The notes under the pieces are model-generated. The model searched no databases, was not told the DNA's origin, and was given only the letters and a program-made list of their open reading frames with translations. Shown piece by piece: positions 1-14,000 of a stretch of DNA of 64,000 bases. Every line of letters begins with the position of its first letter. Position 1 is the stretch's first letter. The stretch is from assembly GCA_013265495.1 (NCBI GenBank), contig MU059418.1:4386773-4450772 (forward strand). Reading direction: 5' to 3'. Made by a program: the position numbers and the translations under genes. The DNA comes from Vicugna vicugna. Its lineage: Eukaryota.

Positions 1-1059
1 ACACCAATGTGAAACAATCATTAGACACAAAGTGTTAGGGGATGAGTTGGGGAGACCCAGCAGAAGAAATGGGTGATTATTATGTCCAAATGCAGATGTG
101 AAAGCTGAGTCACAAATGGAAATACTACTATCTACTGTTAGTGTGACTGAATGGATTAAACAAGATTGTACACTAAAAAGAGAAACTGAGTCAAAGAGAA
201 ATGAATGACTTGCCAAAAAACATCCCTGAGGAGCCAGAGAAAGCACCCAAGGACAGTGCTGGTGGGACGTGGGGTGGGTCCAAGAAGAAAAAAACCCACA
301 CTCTGCAGGCCCTGGAGAGGGACCACAATCTGGAGAGCTGTGTTTACCAGCTTCTGAGCCCCTTCTTTTCCCAAAGAAAATGGGTGACTCCCTACAGGGG
401 AATGGCCTGGGGTTGTCCAGCACCCTCTGAGACTGGGTGGGTCCAGGGTTAGGGTTAGGAAGCAGTACCTTCAGGCTGGTTCTTAGTATGAAAGCTCACT
501 GAGGTTTTTACATCCGTTTGTACCCAGTTACTCCTGGGACCACTTCTCAAATAGTTCTGAACTCAGGAGAGGAAGACAGGGGGGACAGGTATCTGCTTCT
601 CCCAACTCCCAACAGATACTGTCCCATTCCCATCATCAGCTAAAGGGTACTGGACACCAGAGCCTCGCCCCTAGGGGTGAGTTCAGCAGCACCTCCCAAA
701 GTGAATGATTCCGCCTGCACCAGCTGCAGAGGAATGGTTATCTTACCAGGACCCCTCACCACCTCTACCGCGTTATACACACAGATGCACCACCCCACCA
801 CCATGCCCAGTGGACAGAACTAAAAGTGGAGAAGGAGGAAGTGGGACAGTCAATGATCACACCAGTTACAGAAATGAGGAAGTGAGGGGTCCACATGCCA
901 TTTCAGCTGGCAGATTAAGGAAGCGTAAAGGAAACAGCATTCAGGAAGTACAGGCCAGTTGGCTGAATCCAAGCTAAACTAGCCTCCAAATGGGCCTGTG
1001 TTCAAATCCTCACCATACTATTTACAGAACCTGGTGATCGGGAGGATGTGAGGGTCTGA

Positions 1060-1220
1060 ATGGATCCAAAGCTCAGGATGAGCAAAGGGGAAATGCAGGA
1101 GATACACAAGCTAATGATGCTGGGCTACATTAAAAGATGTATGGCATTTAGATCATGGGAGGTGACATCCCCCAACATAGGACCACATCCAGGGCACTGG
1201 AGTCATTTGGGGGCACCACT
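1060..1220 (+). mobile_element. CR1/L3 LINE fragment
   Basis: ctgggctacattaaaaga...ggaggtgaca...gaccacatc...gggcaccac resembles the L3 ORF2 3' consensus. Confidence 0.55.
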
Positions 1221-1342
1221 TATTTTTTTTTAACATTTAAATAACTGATTTTCCTACATATAGAAGTAAACAATGATCATAGAGACAGTTTTGAAAATAC
1301 AGAAAACATAGAGCACTCAATTCCTCCACCTGGTCCTGAATT

Positions 1343-1470
1343 GCAGTGGTTCTTAAAAAGTGTGGTCCCAGGACCAGCAGCATTAGCAACACTGGGGAAA
1401 TTGTCAGAAATCTTCATGTCCCAACCGAGACCCAATGAATTAGAAATCTTGGAAATGGGGCCCCCTGACT
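1343..1470 (+). mobile_element. MER5A (hAT-Charlie) fragment
   Basis: cagtggttcttaaaaagtgtggtcccaggaccagcagcattagcaacac matches the MER5A start. Confidence 0.75.
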
Positions 1471-4400
1471 GCCTCTAATGCAGGGTGTTTCCTTCCAGTT
1501 TTTTCCCTACATGGGCAAGAGTCATGTTTCTCAGCACACAAGTCCCAGCCCAGAGCCTGACACAGAGCAGGGTCTCAGTAAGCATCTAGTGAATAGGTGA
1601 ATGAATGAATGATCTTTCTCACATAAGCAGCTGTCTCTTCCTTCACCACAGTCAGTTTTTGAAAATGCAGGATGTTGCTTTCACGCCAGCTCCAGCTCTC
1701 TGCGGTGGCCAACAGGGGCCCGGGCAGGCCCCTTGGGGGCTTGTCCCAGCTGCAGGCAGAATGCGGTCAGCCCCTCCTGGCACGGTCCATGTGAGAGGGC
1801 GCGTCCACAAAGGCCAGCTTGTGGCCTGTACGGGTCTGCTGGGACGTGGGCAGCATTTGCTGGTGAAGGCAGGACTTAGGCAGAGGCTGAGCTTTCAGGG
1901 TCTGAGGCAGAGGCTGGGAAAGGGGCTGCTGGGACACTGGGAGGGGCCCAGGAGGGCAGGACCCTGCTTTCCACCGGAGGTTCTTAGACCTCATTGAGCC
2001 TCCCAGGCTCCCAGGACTCCTCCATCCAGGGACTGTCATGGGGAATCAGCAGGTGGTGGGGGTGGGGAGCTCAGCCTTGCCTTCAAAGGCAGCTCAGTGG
2101 CCTGGCTGAGCCTCTCACCCCAACCGGGTGGAAGTGGGGAGGGTGGGGTCAAACTCCACGGGACTCAGCCAGCCTCATGGCTACACAACAAGGTCGTCAA
2201 GGTCGTCAGAGATCCCCTCAAACCTCATCCCCCACCGCAGACAGGTACAGGCCACACTGCCCAGCAGTGCCCACCTCAGAGCCTGGGGACCCCGATTCTC
2301 AACCCCACAGTTAGAAAGGCTGGACTAAAGAAGCTGAGGAAAGATGCCCAGACTCGGCACGGCCTGCCAGGTCCTCCAAAACCATCCCCTCTGGCCACTC
2401 CTTCAAGTCAACCTCTCTTCCCCTTGAAGCTTAACCTGATTATTTAACCCTGACTTGAGCACGGGGAGTGGAGGGGGGACAGATAAGGGGCATCCACACT
2501 GTTGCCAGGGTAGTCGGCCTTTCCCTTTGTAGAAATGTTTATTTTGCTCTGATTAAAGAGGTAATACCTATTTATTGGGGAAAAAAACTTGAAAAAAAAA
2601 ACCCAGATAGGTTTCTATCTCCTCCACTACTTCCCAGTGGTTTCTGCCTCAGATCCAAGTTTCTCATCCTGGTATCTGAGCCGGCCCTGGTCTCCTCCTC
2701 ACTCCTGTCTTGCCTCGGCCCTTGCATCTTCTGTCCCATGTCCAGATACGCCACAACCGAACAATAGCTACCCCCTATCAGGAGGCTCACTAATTACCGG
2801 CCTAAGCACAGCACATGCACAATAGTTTGATCCCTTACCAATCCTGGCAGGTAGGTAGTGAAAATGTTCCCACTTTGCAGATGAGGAGACTGAGGCTCAG
2901 AAGCCTCCCAGAGCTGCTCAAGCAAAGGAGGGGTGGAGCTGGAATCTAAACGGGCCCTGTGACCCTGGGCCAGTGCATCTGAACTGTGTGTTCTACTCCC
3001 AGGATTGCTCAGGCTATTCCCTCTGCTAGAAAGGCCTTTGCCAGGCTAACTCCTCATTTTCTCATCCTTCCAGAGTATTCCCTACTCTCTCAGTCTAATT
3101 AAAACCCCACACTCAGAACTCCATTCTCCTCCTGTGCTGACAATTTTAGGTTGCATTTGCCTGTTTTTAGGTCTATCTTCCCCAAGAGCTGGGGGGAAGG
3201 GTAGATACTGGGTCTGACTCGTGTCTTGCCTCCAGCATCGCTGTGGACGGGACGTTGGAATGGAGCAGGCAGCCATCGCTGTCTGTGGGTAGAATAATAA
3301 ATGAAAGGAGTATGACTTCTGCCCTCTCTCCACAGGCTGGAGAGAGCAAGCCCTCCTGATCCCAGCCCCACGCCAGCTGCAAAGAGTCAGGGAGAGCCTG
3401 GGATTCTCTAGGGCTGGCCTCAGACCCCCATGCCACCCGAGGAGGATAGGCAGGGTCTTTCTACCCAAGGAACCTCTGGTCACCCACTCCCTGCCCACAA
3501 AGTGCATCTCTGTCCATCCCCCCTCATACCTTCCAATGACCCATGAGGTCAGCCTGCAGCCTCTCGGGGGCAGACCCCCTCCCCAAAATGGACTGGTTCC
3601 CAGAAATCCAGGGGGAATTGGCCAGGAAGAGTCTAATGGTCCATGCTGGGCCAGAGGGACAAACATGAGCTCACACTACCGCTAATAATAGTGTGGCCTT
3701 GCGCGGCAGCACGGGGCTTCACAGTTTACAAAGACATTCCATGTGAATCATCTCATGGGTCCTCACAAAAGCCCCACGAACAGGCAGGACAGGAATCACC
3801 ATTTCTGTTCTAGAGAAGAAGCAGAGGAGCATGGGGAAACTGGGCTGTGCTCAAGGTCACACCGAGACACCTCTAAGCAGGACTCAGGTGGTAGACTTCA
3901 GGCTCTTTCGTCTGCACCAGAATGTAGGAAGTCCATGAACTTGGATGGGAAGGAAAAAACCCCACATCTTTACTTTCGTTAATGCTAACTAAAAAGTAAC
4001 ATTTCCTTCTATTCTGGACAAGCCATGGTTATACCAGCAGTGCTTAGGACTTTGGCACCAAAAGAAACCACAGATATTTTCATATCACGTAACAGTTGTC
4101 ACAGAAATGTCAAAATACTGTTTACACTCATCAGTACTTCGAAATTACAGTGGTTAATAGACTTGTTACTAGATCTTACAAGTTAATAAACATGTAATAT
4201 TATTATATCATAATTTAAAAATATACTTTGATAACGGTATCTCAATATATTTGGTGCCCTTTGTATTTTGTTTTTAACATTTGAAAACATTATTCTGAGA
4301 ATTACTCTCAGCAGAGAGCTTAATGTGGTGCATGGCACAAAATAAGATGGAGGCTGTTTCTCTGGAGCTGCCTCATCTGTGGGGTCTGGGTGGAGACCCC

Positions 4401-5309
4401 AAACCCGCTCTCCACCATCAGGGCATAAAGCTGGAGCAGCAGAGCTCCCCTTTCGAGCCACATTTTAAATGTTCCAGGAAGGAATGCTTTCTGCAGGAAA
4501 CCTACACCAATGTAAGAGGATTAATCTTTGCACACTGAGGACAGAAGTTGGGATTTAGATCTGGGGCTACTGGAGCACTCACAGTGACTCCAGATGCACA
4601 GGTCTGATGGAAATGGTCTGGAAGAGGAGATGGTGAGGTGGTGAGGTGGTGAGGTCTCCCGATCTGTGGGGCTGGAAGTGAAAGTGACTGAATATGAAGC
4701 CCCTCTGCAGAAACACAGCAAGTAGCAATAGGGGGATGAGCCCTGGCATCAGCTCCCAGTGGCCCCAAAGAGGATGGGAACCTAGGGGACAGGACGTTCT
4801 GAAGGCAGGAGGAGGCAGCCTCGTACCAGCCACCAAGGAAACGACTGTTTCAGAGCAGAGGTCTCTTGGGCTAGAGTGGAAACCAGGAGGTGCCTGTTCA
4901 GCCAGCTGCCCCAGGGAATTCTGATATGGGTCCTGCAGACCACATTCTAGAAACCCTGGTATATATGCCAAGGCTGGTTCAGGAGCAGGGAGTATCTCAC
5001 CCCTCCCAGCTCCCATGGGGACTCTCTACTGCTGGGCCTCCTTCTACTTGGTATCTGTCTCCCACTTCCTCACCTCTCCACCTCAAATGCCACCTCCACC
5101 AAGAAGCCTCCCTGGCTACCGACCCCAGGGCACAGCCCTTTTGTATGAACAATTAGTGAGGATCTCTGGTGGGCCAGACTCATCACCAAATCATTGGATT
5201 TAATCCCCATGATGGTCAGTCTGCTCCCCACAAATTTGTTCTCCACTCATTACACGGAGTGATTTTCTTTTTAACCATTACTCTCCTATTTGAAATCCTC
5301 CAGTGATCA

Positions 5310-5700
5310 TCAAAATCTGGAAACAACCCAACGCCCCTTAACTGGTGAATGGCTAAATGGTGGTACATCCATACAATGGAATACTACTTAGCAATAACAA
5401 GGAACTGCTGATACCCATAACCACGAGGGTGAAGCCCCAATGCTTTATAGGGAAGGAAGTCAGACTCAGTAGGCTACATACTGTATGATGCAATTTCTAT
5501 GACATTCTGGAACAGGCAAGACTACAGGGACAGAAAACAGATCAGTGGTTGTCAAGGGCTGGGGGAGGAGGAAGGAAATGACTCCAAAGGGGCACAGGGG
5601 GAATTCTAGGGGGTGATGGAACTGTTCTGTATCTTGATTGTGGTGGTGGTTACAGAGCTGTATGCATTTGTCAAAACTCATTTTACGGTATGTAAATCAC
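5310..5700 (+). mobile_element. Old L1M (L1MC/L1ME-like) 3' end
   Basis: ggaaacaaccc...catacaatggaatactac...actgtatgat...gggtgatggaactgttctgtatcttgattgtggtggtggttaca. Confidence 0.75.
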
Positions 5701-7224
5701 CTGACCTAAAAGCAAAACAAAAGCCTGGCCCTGCCCACCTGTCCATCTTCATCTCCCCCCAACTCCTCCTCTCATTAGCCACACTCCAGCCACTTGGGTG
5801 GAAGACACCTCACCTGTCCCACCTCTAAGCCTCTGCCTGGATTCTCCTCCCTTGCATCTCCCACTACCAGCTCCCCCTCCTGCTAAAAGCCTCCACTTCA
5901 ATGCCACCTCCTCGGAGAAGCCTTCCAGACCCCTCTAGGCCCATTGTGTCCATCTCAACCCTGTGTTTCCTACATGGAGCAAATCCCAGGCTTATTTGTG
6001 GTACTAATTATTTTACTTGTTGGTCTGTTTGCTTGTGGAATGTTAGTCTCTACCACTAGGATGCGAGCTTCAGGAGGGCAGAGCCCAGCTGGGGGCCTGG
6101 TATGAAAAGGAACAGCTCAGTTAGTAGCTGCTGAATGAACAACAGCATCCTAAATGGGGAAGACTACCCCGCCTCAGTTCCACTCCCCTGCAGAAAACCA
6201 CTTCTGGTCAGTGCTGCTGTGTCTAAAGTTGATTCTGTGAAGCAAATGCCCATGGTGGCTTTGGATCCCAGCTTGGGCCTCAAATCCCAGCCTAAGTGCA
6301 TCCCTGCCAGACTCCAAACCTTACCCAAATATGTCACCTCCTCCCCAGGTTCTAGAGACCCAACCCACCGATGGGCAAACAGACCCTGGAGGAATGGCAA
6401 CTGACCCGAGGGACCCAGAACCTTCACTCTGCAGGATACCAACCACTCCAAAGGGGAACGGGAGCCTCTGCCTGGCCCCCCTTCTCCCACACGGCCCTGG
6501 CCACCACGGTCCCTCCCGCCGGCCGCAGCCCAGGCTGCCTACCCATCTGCCACCCTGGCTCTGGCCCGGGCCACTCACCCCAGCCCAGAAGGGCTGACCT
6601 GCAGGGTGGGCCAGCAGTGGCCACAAGGGCAGCATGCCAACCCCCCAAGAGGCCAGGGCAGCCATCTGCTGTCCCTTCTGCCTGTCCTCCAGGATCTGTC
6701 AAGGCTCCAGATGAGATCATCACACTTGGACCCCAAGGAGGACAGAAGGCTCTGCAGAGCCCCACATCCCTCCCAGCTCAAAAACAAAGCCTCTGGGAGT
6801 AGCAGCAGGGGAAAAGAAACCCAAAGACTCCACCCCTTCGCAGGCAGGGACAATGAGGCCTAGAGAGGGACTGGGGACAACCCCGTAGTCCTCCAGACAA
6901 TCCAGAGCCAAGCAGGGAGGGACCTTGGGCTCCTGCCTCCCAGCCCAGAGCTCAGCCCAACTTAGCCTCCTTGGGTAGAGGCTGGGCTCTAGTTTTAAGG
7001 GAGTCAGGGTCAAAGGTCCTGGAGAAAGAGTCAGGACCCCAGCCAGGCATGGCCATGCCACACGATGCCCCACTCCCACTGGCACGGAGGCTGCCTGGTC
7101 CCAGTGACCCAGAGAGTCACAAGGGAAGACAGTCTTGGACTTGCCTCTCCAACAGCAATAAATAATTACGGGTACACAGCTCTCTGAGCACTCCCCCCGT
7201 GCCAGGTAGCACATGTCATCTCGC

Positions 7225-7335
7225 TGTATCCTCAGCCATCCCTAATGACTGCAGGAACTAAGGTCAGAAAGGTCAACTCAAGGTCACATGTTCAGTGGCA
7301 CAGCCAGGATTTGAGTCCAGTTTGAGCTCTTGTGA
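7225..7335 (+). mobile_element. MIR fragment carrying three AGGTCA half-sites
   Basis: ggaactaaggtcagaaaggtcaactcaaggtcaca...gtggcacagccaggatttgagtccag aligns to the MIR core. Other MIRs lie near 2860, 8120, 9100, 12450, 14150, 24170, 27300, 48830. Confidence 0.65.
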
Positions 7336-10334
7336 ACTAGACTAGACGGTCTCTGTGATGGGACCAGAGTGATGATTATAACAGCAAATACTGACAAGGG
7401 CTTACCATGCGCCAGACACTGGGCTGAGTTCTGAACCAATGTCCATGACCTCATGCTCAGTAACGGTCCTTTTGAGGCAAGTGCTATTTGTTTTATGCTC
7501 ATTTTACAGATAAGCAAACAGAGGCTCAGGAAGATGAAGGAGACAAAGGCAATAAGGGGTGAGCCTCCCAGATCCGGCACAGCTCTGGCATAAAGCCACA
7601 GACACTCCCTCTGGTAGGGAGCTGTGTGTGTGCACGTGTGTGTGTGTGCACATGTGCATTGGGGGAGGGGGTGCGGAATGTCCAGAGACTGCTGCCCACC
7701 AAGGCCAGACCTGGCTTGTCACTGCCCCATTCCAGGCCTCAACCAACACAGCAAGGAGTCCCTGCAGCCCCAGATGCCTCAGTGGGGATGTTCACAGCAG
7801 GAGCACTGACAGTGTTCCTCCTGTCCTTTCTCCGTTGACAGGAAGGAAGCTGAAAGCAGCATTTGGATCTGGATGTGTTTAAAACATCCCTCAAACAGCT
7901 CTGGGCCGCAGCCAAATCTCTGAGCCAGGAGAGAACAGGGCTCAGAGGTCCACAGGGAGGGAAATCGAGGTTGGAGAGTCAAGGGTGTGGCTCTGGGCCG
8001 CACAGCCTGAAGCTCCAGCACACCCCAGCGTTCCACACCTCTGAGCCTCTGCTCTGCCACTCTCTCTGCCTGGCATCCTGCAAAGGGTACCATGAGACCC
8101 TAGACCTTTTGCCTTTTGCCACTTACAGGCTGTGTGACCTCTAGCAAGCCCCTTAACCTCTCTGAGCCTCAGTTTACACCTGTGTGAAAGGAAGGGGTTA
8201 AGGACCAGCCTGGTAAGATCCCAGCTCTCATGCAGAACACATAGGGGGAGGGGTTGGTGTGAAACCTGTAATTACTAAATTAATAATCTAATTACTGTTG
8301 AGATAAATGTCCCAAGGGAAGCTCCCGGGTGTCTAACACAGGAGCCTGGCCTGGAGCTGAATATGAGAAGGTGAAGGAAAAAACCAAGGGAGTAGGTAGG
8401 AAACTGCAGTTCAAAGGCCGGGTGCTGGAGAGGGAAGAGCGCAGAGACAGAGGCCTGGAGTGCATGGAGCGCTTGGAGCTTGGGTGGAGCAGGGATGAGG
8501 TGACGCTGAGAAAGGCACGAGCACACAGGCCACCCAGGCACTTGGGCAGGGCCAAGGAGGGGTGTGGACGGGAGAGGCTGATGCAACTGACCCAGAAGAT
8601 CCCATGTGGATCTGGGGCAAAACAACGGTAAAGAGGTTTTGCTGGTCCAGCCTAATCACAGGACCCCAGATTGTTTTCCTGCTGGAGCCTGAGCTTCTCT
8701 TTGTGGTGCAGGCAATGGGAGATTATTCACCTCGGTCTTAGAATGTGGGGCCCCAAAGGTGACCTCCATCAGCAAAGGTGTATCTCCGCGTTACAGAGTC
8801 TGCAGCACTGGCCTCGCCATTCAGAGAAGACTGACATGGGGTGGGAGGGATGAGCTGGGAGATACCCACAATGCACTTCAGCTCCACATACACCGCTCAG
8901 GTCCCTGCTCCATTCAAGACCTACATCCAGAGCCACATACAACCCCTGTCGTCAAGGATCCAGGGCTTATGGGCAGTCAGACCTGAGCCTGCAGATAATA
9001 AGCGATGAGGGCAGGGAGCTGCTGACTCCTTACTATGAGCCAGGCCCTAGCTAATCCTTATACACCTGCTTTCTCTTATTTAATCCTCACACTAACCTGC
9101 AGGGTGAGCACGATCAGCATCCCCATTTTACAGGTGAGAAGACTGAGGCTCATAAAGGGGACGCTCATAGAGGAAGAGGCAGAACCAAGATTCAAGCCCA
9201 GGTGGGCTTGGCCCTAGGCCACAGTGCTCTTCACCAGCTTGGACCCCGGAAAAGGGAAAGGTGGCCTGCTGTTTCCAACTTCTCTGATCCCCCGCCATTC
9301 TTCAGGGAGGCCAGCACTATCCACCGACCTGTGGGCTTCCAGTAAATGCCAGGGCCACCTGGCCCAGCACACCCGAGTCTCTGGCTCTTTCCCCCTCAGC
9401 TCCAAGTTCTTTCTGGCACCAGAAGGAAGAGAATGTGACTGCAGATGAGGTCATGCCTATGCAGCACCCGGGGAAATGACCTTAGGAATAACGCTGACTG
9501 CTGGTCAGGCCCCTCTCTGGGGAGCTCCCTCAGCCCCAGAGGCTACACAAGACGTGGGACTCCCTCCCTCTGCCCAGGATGGTGCTGGATATACCACATA
9601 CCTGAACGCTCATCTTCCCAAGTGCTCTGCAAGAAAGGGATTAAATTCCCGTTTTACAGATAGGAAGACTGAGGCTTGCTGAGGGGCCTTACACATGGGG
9701 ATCATGTACAGCGAGGAGATGGCAAAGCAAGATTTGGCCTCAGACCTGAGCCCCAATGTGGAATTTGTCCACCTCCCTCCCTGGGCCCCTGGCTTTGTGC
9801 CCAGTGCTACAGACACATGGAAAGGAGGCAGCTCTTAACCATGGCCCCCTCCCAGCAAGGTGCTCACAATGCCTCAGCTCAACATTCAATGCTTTCCTGA
9901 CTCCTTGTCCCAGCCTCTCCCTCACCACTGCCTACCACCTACCACTCCCTCCAGCTCTTTGGAAGATGAGGGCAAGCAGGAAATTCCGAGGAGATTAGAA
10001 GGGAGTTGCCCCTGGGCAGTGTTTCTCCTTCTGGCAGGCCTGGCAAGCTCCCTGTCACACAGCCCACTGGGCCCAGGCCCAAGGGCTGGGCATCAGAGGC
10101 CTGAGGGCCTTTGGTCCAACTTCTCCACCTTGGGGACCTGTCAGCCCCTTACCCACCTCCCTACCACTTAGCCACAGCCAGTCTCCTAGGACCCCCAGAG
10201 CCAGGAGGTTACAAAATCCAGCCCCCGCCACACTCGTGGAAGGAGGCCTCACGAAGGAGCTGAAAACAGCAGTTTGTACACATTAGCTCCAGGGAGACAC
10301 AGACCAGGATTTCCTGTGTTTCTGTGTGGCTGAA

Positions 10335-11060
10335 ATGTCATAGCCAGTGTGAGTGTGTGTGTGTGTATCCTGGTTTGTGGGTCTCTGGCTCCTGGTTTGT
10401 GGGTCTCAAATGCTATAGGTCTGACATTTGAGTGCTCTGTGCTTGTGTCCTGCTTGGGTGTACGTGGCGGCGGGTCTTGGCCGTGTGTGTCTCCTGCGTG
10501 TGTGTCTGTGAGCCCTGGGTGTGCAAGGGCCTCTGCCCTTGCTCCCACCATGGAAGAAGCAGTGGGGGTGTCTCAGTGATGAGCCTGTGTCTGTGCCCTC
10601 CTAGCAGGGGCGGATCTGCGGATTTCCACGGGTGCTAGCACCCGTGTGTAATGAGTTTGCGTGGGTTTGTGTGTGTGCCTGTGTATGCATGTGTACTTCC
10701 GATATGTCTGAGGGTGTCTCCAGGGTGTGTCCACCTCTGGGACATGGCCAAGCGTGTCTGAGGATGTGTGGGGGTGTGTTTCTGAGCCGGCGGTCTCCTA
10801 GATGGTGTGAGTCTCTGTTGCGTCTGTTTGGTAACGTGTGGGAGTGATAGGACAGGAGGTGGTGGATCCTGCATGGGTCTGTGTACTTCTCGGAGCGGGT
10901 ATCCTCTCCAGTGTTTGGAGGTGTGCTTCTGGAAGCAGACAGCATAAGCATGTCACCAGATGTGTATGTGAGATGTTTGTGAGTGGCTGTGGATCACTGA
11001 GCATGTGCTGTGAATACATGTACATGTGATTGTGTGTGCAAGAGAGTGTGTGCGCAGGGA
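10335..11060. repeat. Degenerate (TG)n-rich low-complexity tract
   Basis: About 700 bp dominated by GTGT/TGTG motifs. Confidence 0.8.
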
Positions 11061-14000
11061 CACAGGCCCAGCCCCTCTGCAAGGAATGCTGGGAACCCTG
11101 TGGTCCCCCTAAGGCCTCATCAGCCGCTGCCTCACATTTTCCATCTCATTCTCCATCTTGCTGGAGCTGCCCTGCTCCCCCCATGACAGGCAAATGGCTG
11201 AGGATCCTTAAAGACCCAGTTCTCAGAGCAGCTTCTTCCAAGCCACCTGTCAGCTGTCTCAGGCAGGGCTGGGACTCAGGGTAGGAACCAGCCAGGAGCT
11301 TTGCTGACCATGATGACCACCCCCTCCCCACCCAGTGACAGACAGACTGCAGTCCTCCCTCTGCAGCTGCTGGGAGCTGCGAAGAGCTCACAGTTTGCTG
11401 GCTACTGCCCCAGACATCTGGCACAGGGCCTGGTACCCAGGAGGCACCTGGAAAATATGTGTTGAATGAATGAATGAATGCCTGGAGAAGGAGGTAAGGG
11501 AATGGTGACCACTTGGACAGGCACTAACATGTGTACTTGATCTACATCATCACGTGGAAAAGGATCCCCATGATCCTGGGGAGAAGAAAAAGTCTCAGAA
11601 AGGCTGAGTATCTTACCCAGCGTCACACAGCCTGTAACTGATAAAACCAGTGAGAATCCTGCTCTGTGAAGCTTGGAGGCACAGGTTGCCTCCTGAGGGT
11701 GCAACAGTGACGAGGGAAGGGAGCTTCCTGGGGTTGTCTATTGAGGTTCCCAAGTACGTTAGCTGTGCAATCTCAGGTACACGACATAACCTTTCAGTTT
11801 CCTCTCTGTCGAATGGGTCTGATATCCGAATCCTCCACACAGGATTGCTGCGAGGAGTAAAGGGCTTAATTAGCCCAGAGCCTTGCACATAACAGGATTC
11901 CTCTCACCAATCTATGTCCCAGACTAGACACACTGTCAGCGACCACAAGCTCACACTGCAGTCAGACTGTGGAAAGACGAGGACCCAGGATTATACCACC
12001 CAGGTTTGGAATCCTGGCTATGTGATCTGGAGCCTCCATTTACCCAACTGTACAAGGGGACTAGGGCTGAACTAGATGCTTCCTCTGGGCCCTTCTGGGC
12101 TGACATCTAGATTGGATACACTTGAAACATTCACATGTAGAACCTCCAAGGACATGGGGCAGCCTTGCTTCATGGAACCCACTCAATATGGCATGTGATC
12201 ACACCTTCCTGTCCTCCCAGGAGCAGCTCCTGATTTATTAACATCCTAAAGCTAAGGGGATCCACCCTCCTGGCTTCTTGCAGCTCCCTCAAGAATGAAG
12301 ACATGGACATCCTGTCTGCTTGTTGGCTAACAGTAATAACATTCTCTAAAAGATGCACGATTTCACTGCTTGCAAAATGTTTTCTCGTCTACTCGCACTT
12401 CCCTGATTCCTGAAAACAATCCTATGAAGTTGCCCAGGCAGATTCCATGATCTTCATTACACAGATGAAAAAAAAAAATGTAGCTCAGAGAGGCCAAGTG
12501 ACTTACTCATGGCCACAGAGTAAATGGCAGAGTCAGGTCTTAAAGCCAGTCTTTGGGCTCCAACTCTCAGATTGCTCCATCCATACCCAGTGGGTTCTCA
12601 GCATGTCCTCACATGGTACATGGGCAACAGTTAGTGAAGATGGGGAGCTGGAACACCTCAGACCACCAGGGTTTTCAAGATCAAACAGTCAATGTGTCTG
12701 CTCTGCAGCCAATGCTGCATCTTAGAATCCTGAACCTTACAAGTTAGTAACCTTCAGACTTCCTTGGCTGGAAAGGACCCTGAGGAAAGGCAACTTAACT
12801 ATAACCACCACATAAATGCCCCCCTAAATCCTCCTCAAGTAATCACAATTAGCACCATTCTGTACAGTTTACAAGCTGCTTTCCACCCCATGTCTTTACC
12901 CACCATGCAAAGTCATCCAGCGTTAACTGTGAATAACTCAAGTGACAGCCAGCTCACCCTCTTCTCTGTAGCAGCTCCTTCTATCATCTCATTGGGACAG
13001 CTGCTCCATTTACACTTTCCCTGCTTGGGCCCCCAGGGCAAGCCTCATGCCACAGGAGATCTGCCGTCACCCACAAGGCCTTCCCCAGTTGACGGTTCCC
13101 AGTGCCCCGCACCAGCTGGGAGATGAGCTTGAGCAGGGCCCCACCAGACTCCCTGGGACTCAGTCCAGGCAGCACGAGGCCTGTCAGGGATACACTGGGG
13201 ATTTGCAGTCCTTCTCTTGGTAACTCAGTTCCTGCACCTTGGAAGCAAAGTGGCCCAGAGAGACAGGAAACACGTCAAGAGTACAACGTACTCTTATTCC
13301 ACGCCTGGCTGCCTGGAGAACTGGCTCTGGGACCTGGAGCAAGTCCCTTCCCTGCCCTGGCCAGTTTATCCATCTGTAGAAGGAACAAAACCACACCTCC
13401 TGTAACAGCCTCTACATTTATGGCCCCTATCCACTGTCTCCAAATTCTCACCTTGCCTCTGTGAGGTTGGCAGCTGGGTTCAACAAAGCTCTAGAGAAGT
13501 TTAGGGACTGACCCACGTGTATACAGTGGTAACAGCACAATCTGGTCCCACTCTCCCTTCCAATCTCTTTCCTCTCTCCAGCCTCCATGCTGTTCTTCAA
13601 AATCCACAAGCTTCTTCCTACTTCCCTTAGCCTGGAATGTTCCTACTCCAGCTCCTCATTCAGCTGATTTCACCTCATCCTGCTACCCCTGGACTCCCTG
13701 AGCACCCCCAGCTCCACCTTCACATGCTCTCGGCACACTGTGTCCCTCCCCACCCTCATCACAATCTGTACTGGATTGTAGGACTATTGTTTAATCCCAG
13801 TCTCCCCCACTAGACCAACATTTCCATGAAAACAGACACGCCATCCTTGTCCATGGCTGTATCCTCAGACCTGCACTAGTGCCTGGTACACAGTAGGCAT
13901 TAAATAGTTGGTGAATGAATGAATGAGGGGTCAGGACTACTTTGGGTGGGGAGGAGGATCTATTCTGAAGCCCCCACAGAGTCCACAAGGGACATGATAA

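Noticed and set aside
2191-2208. AAGGTCGTC x2 resembling a DR3 element
   Set aside because: Both half-sites are imperfect (AGGTCG); a simple 9-bp tandem duplication explains it.
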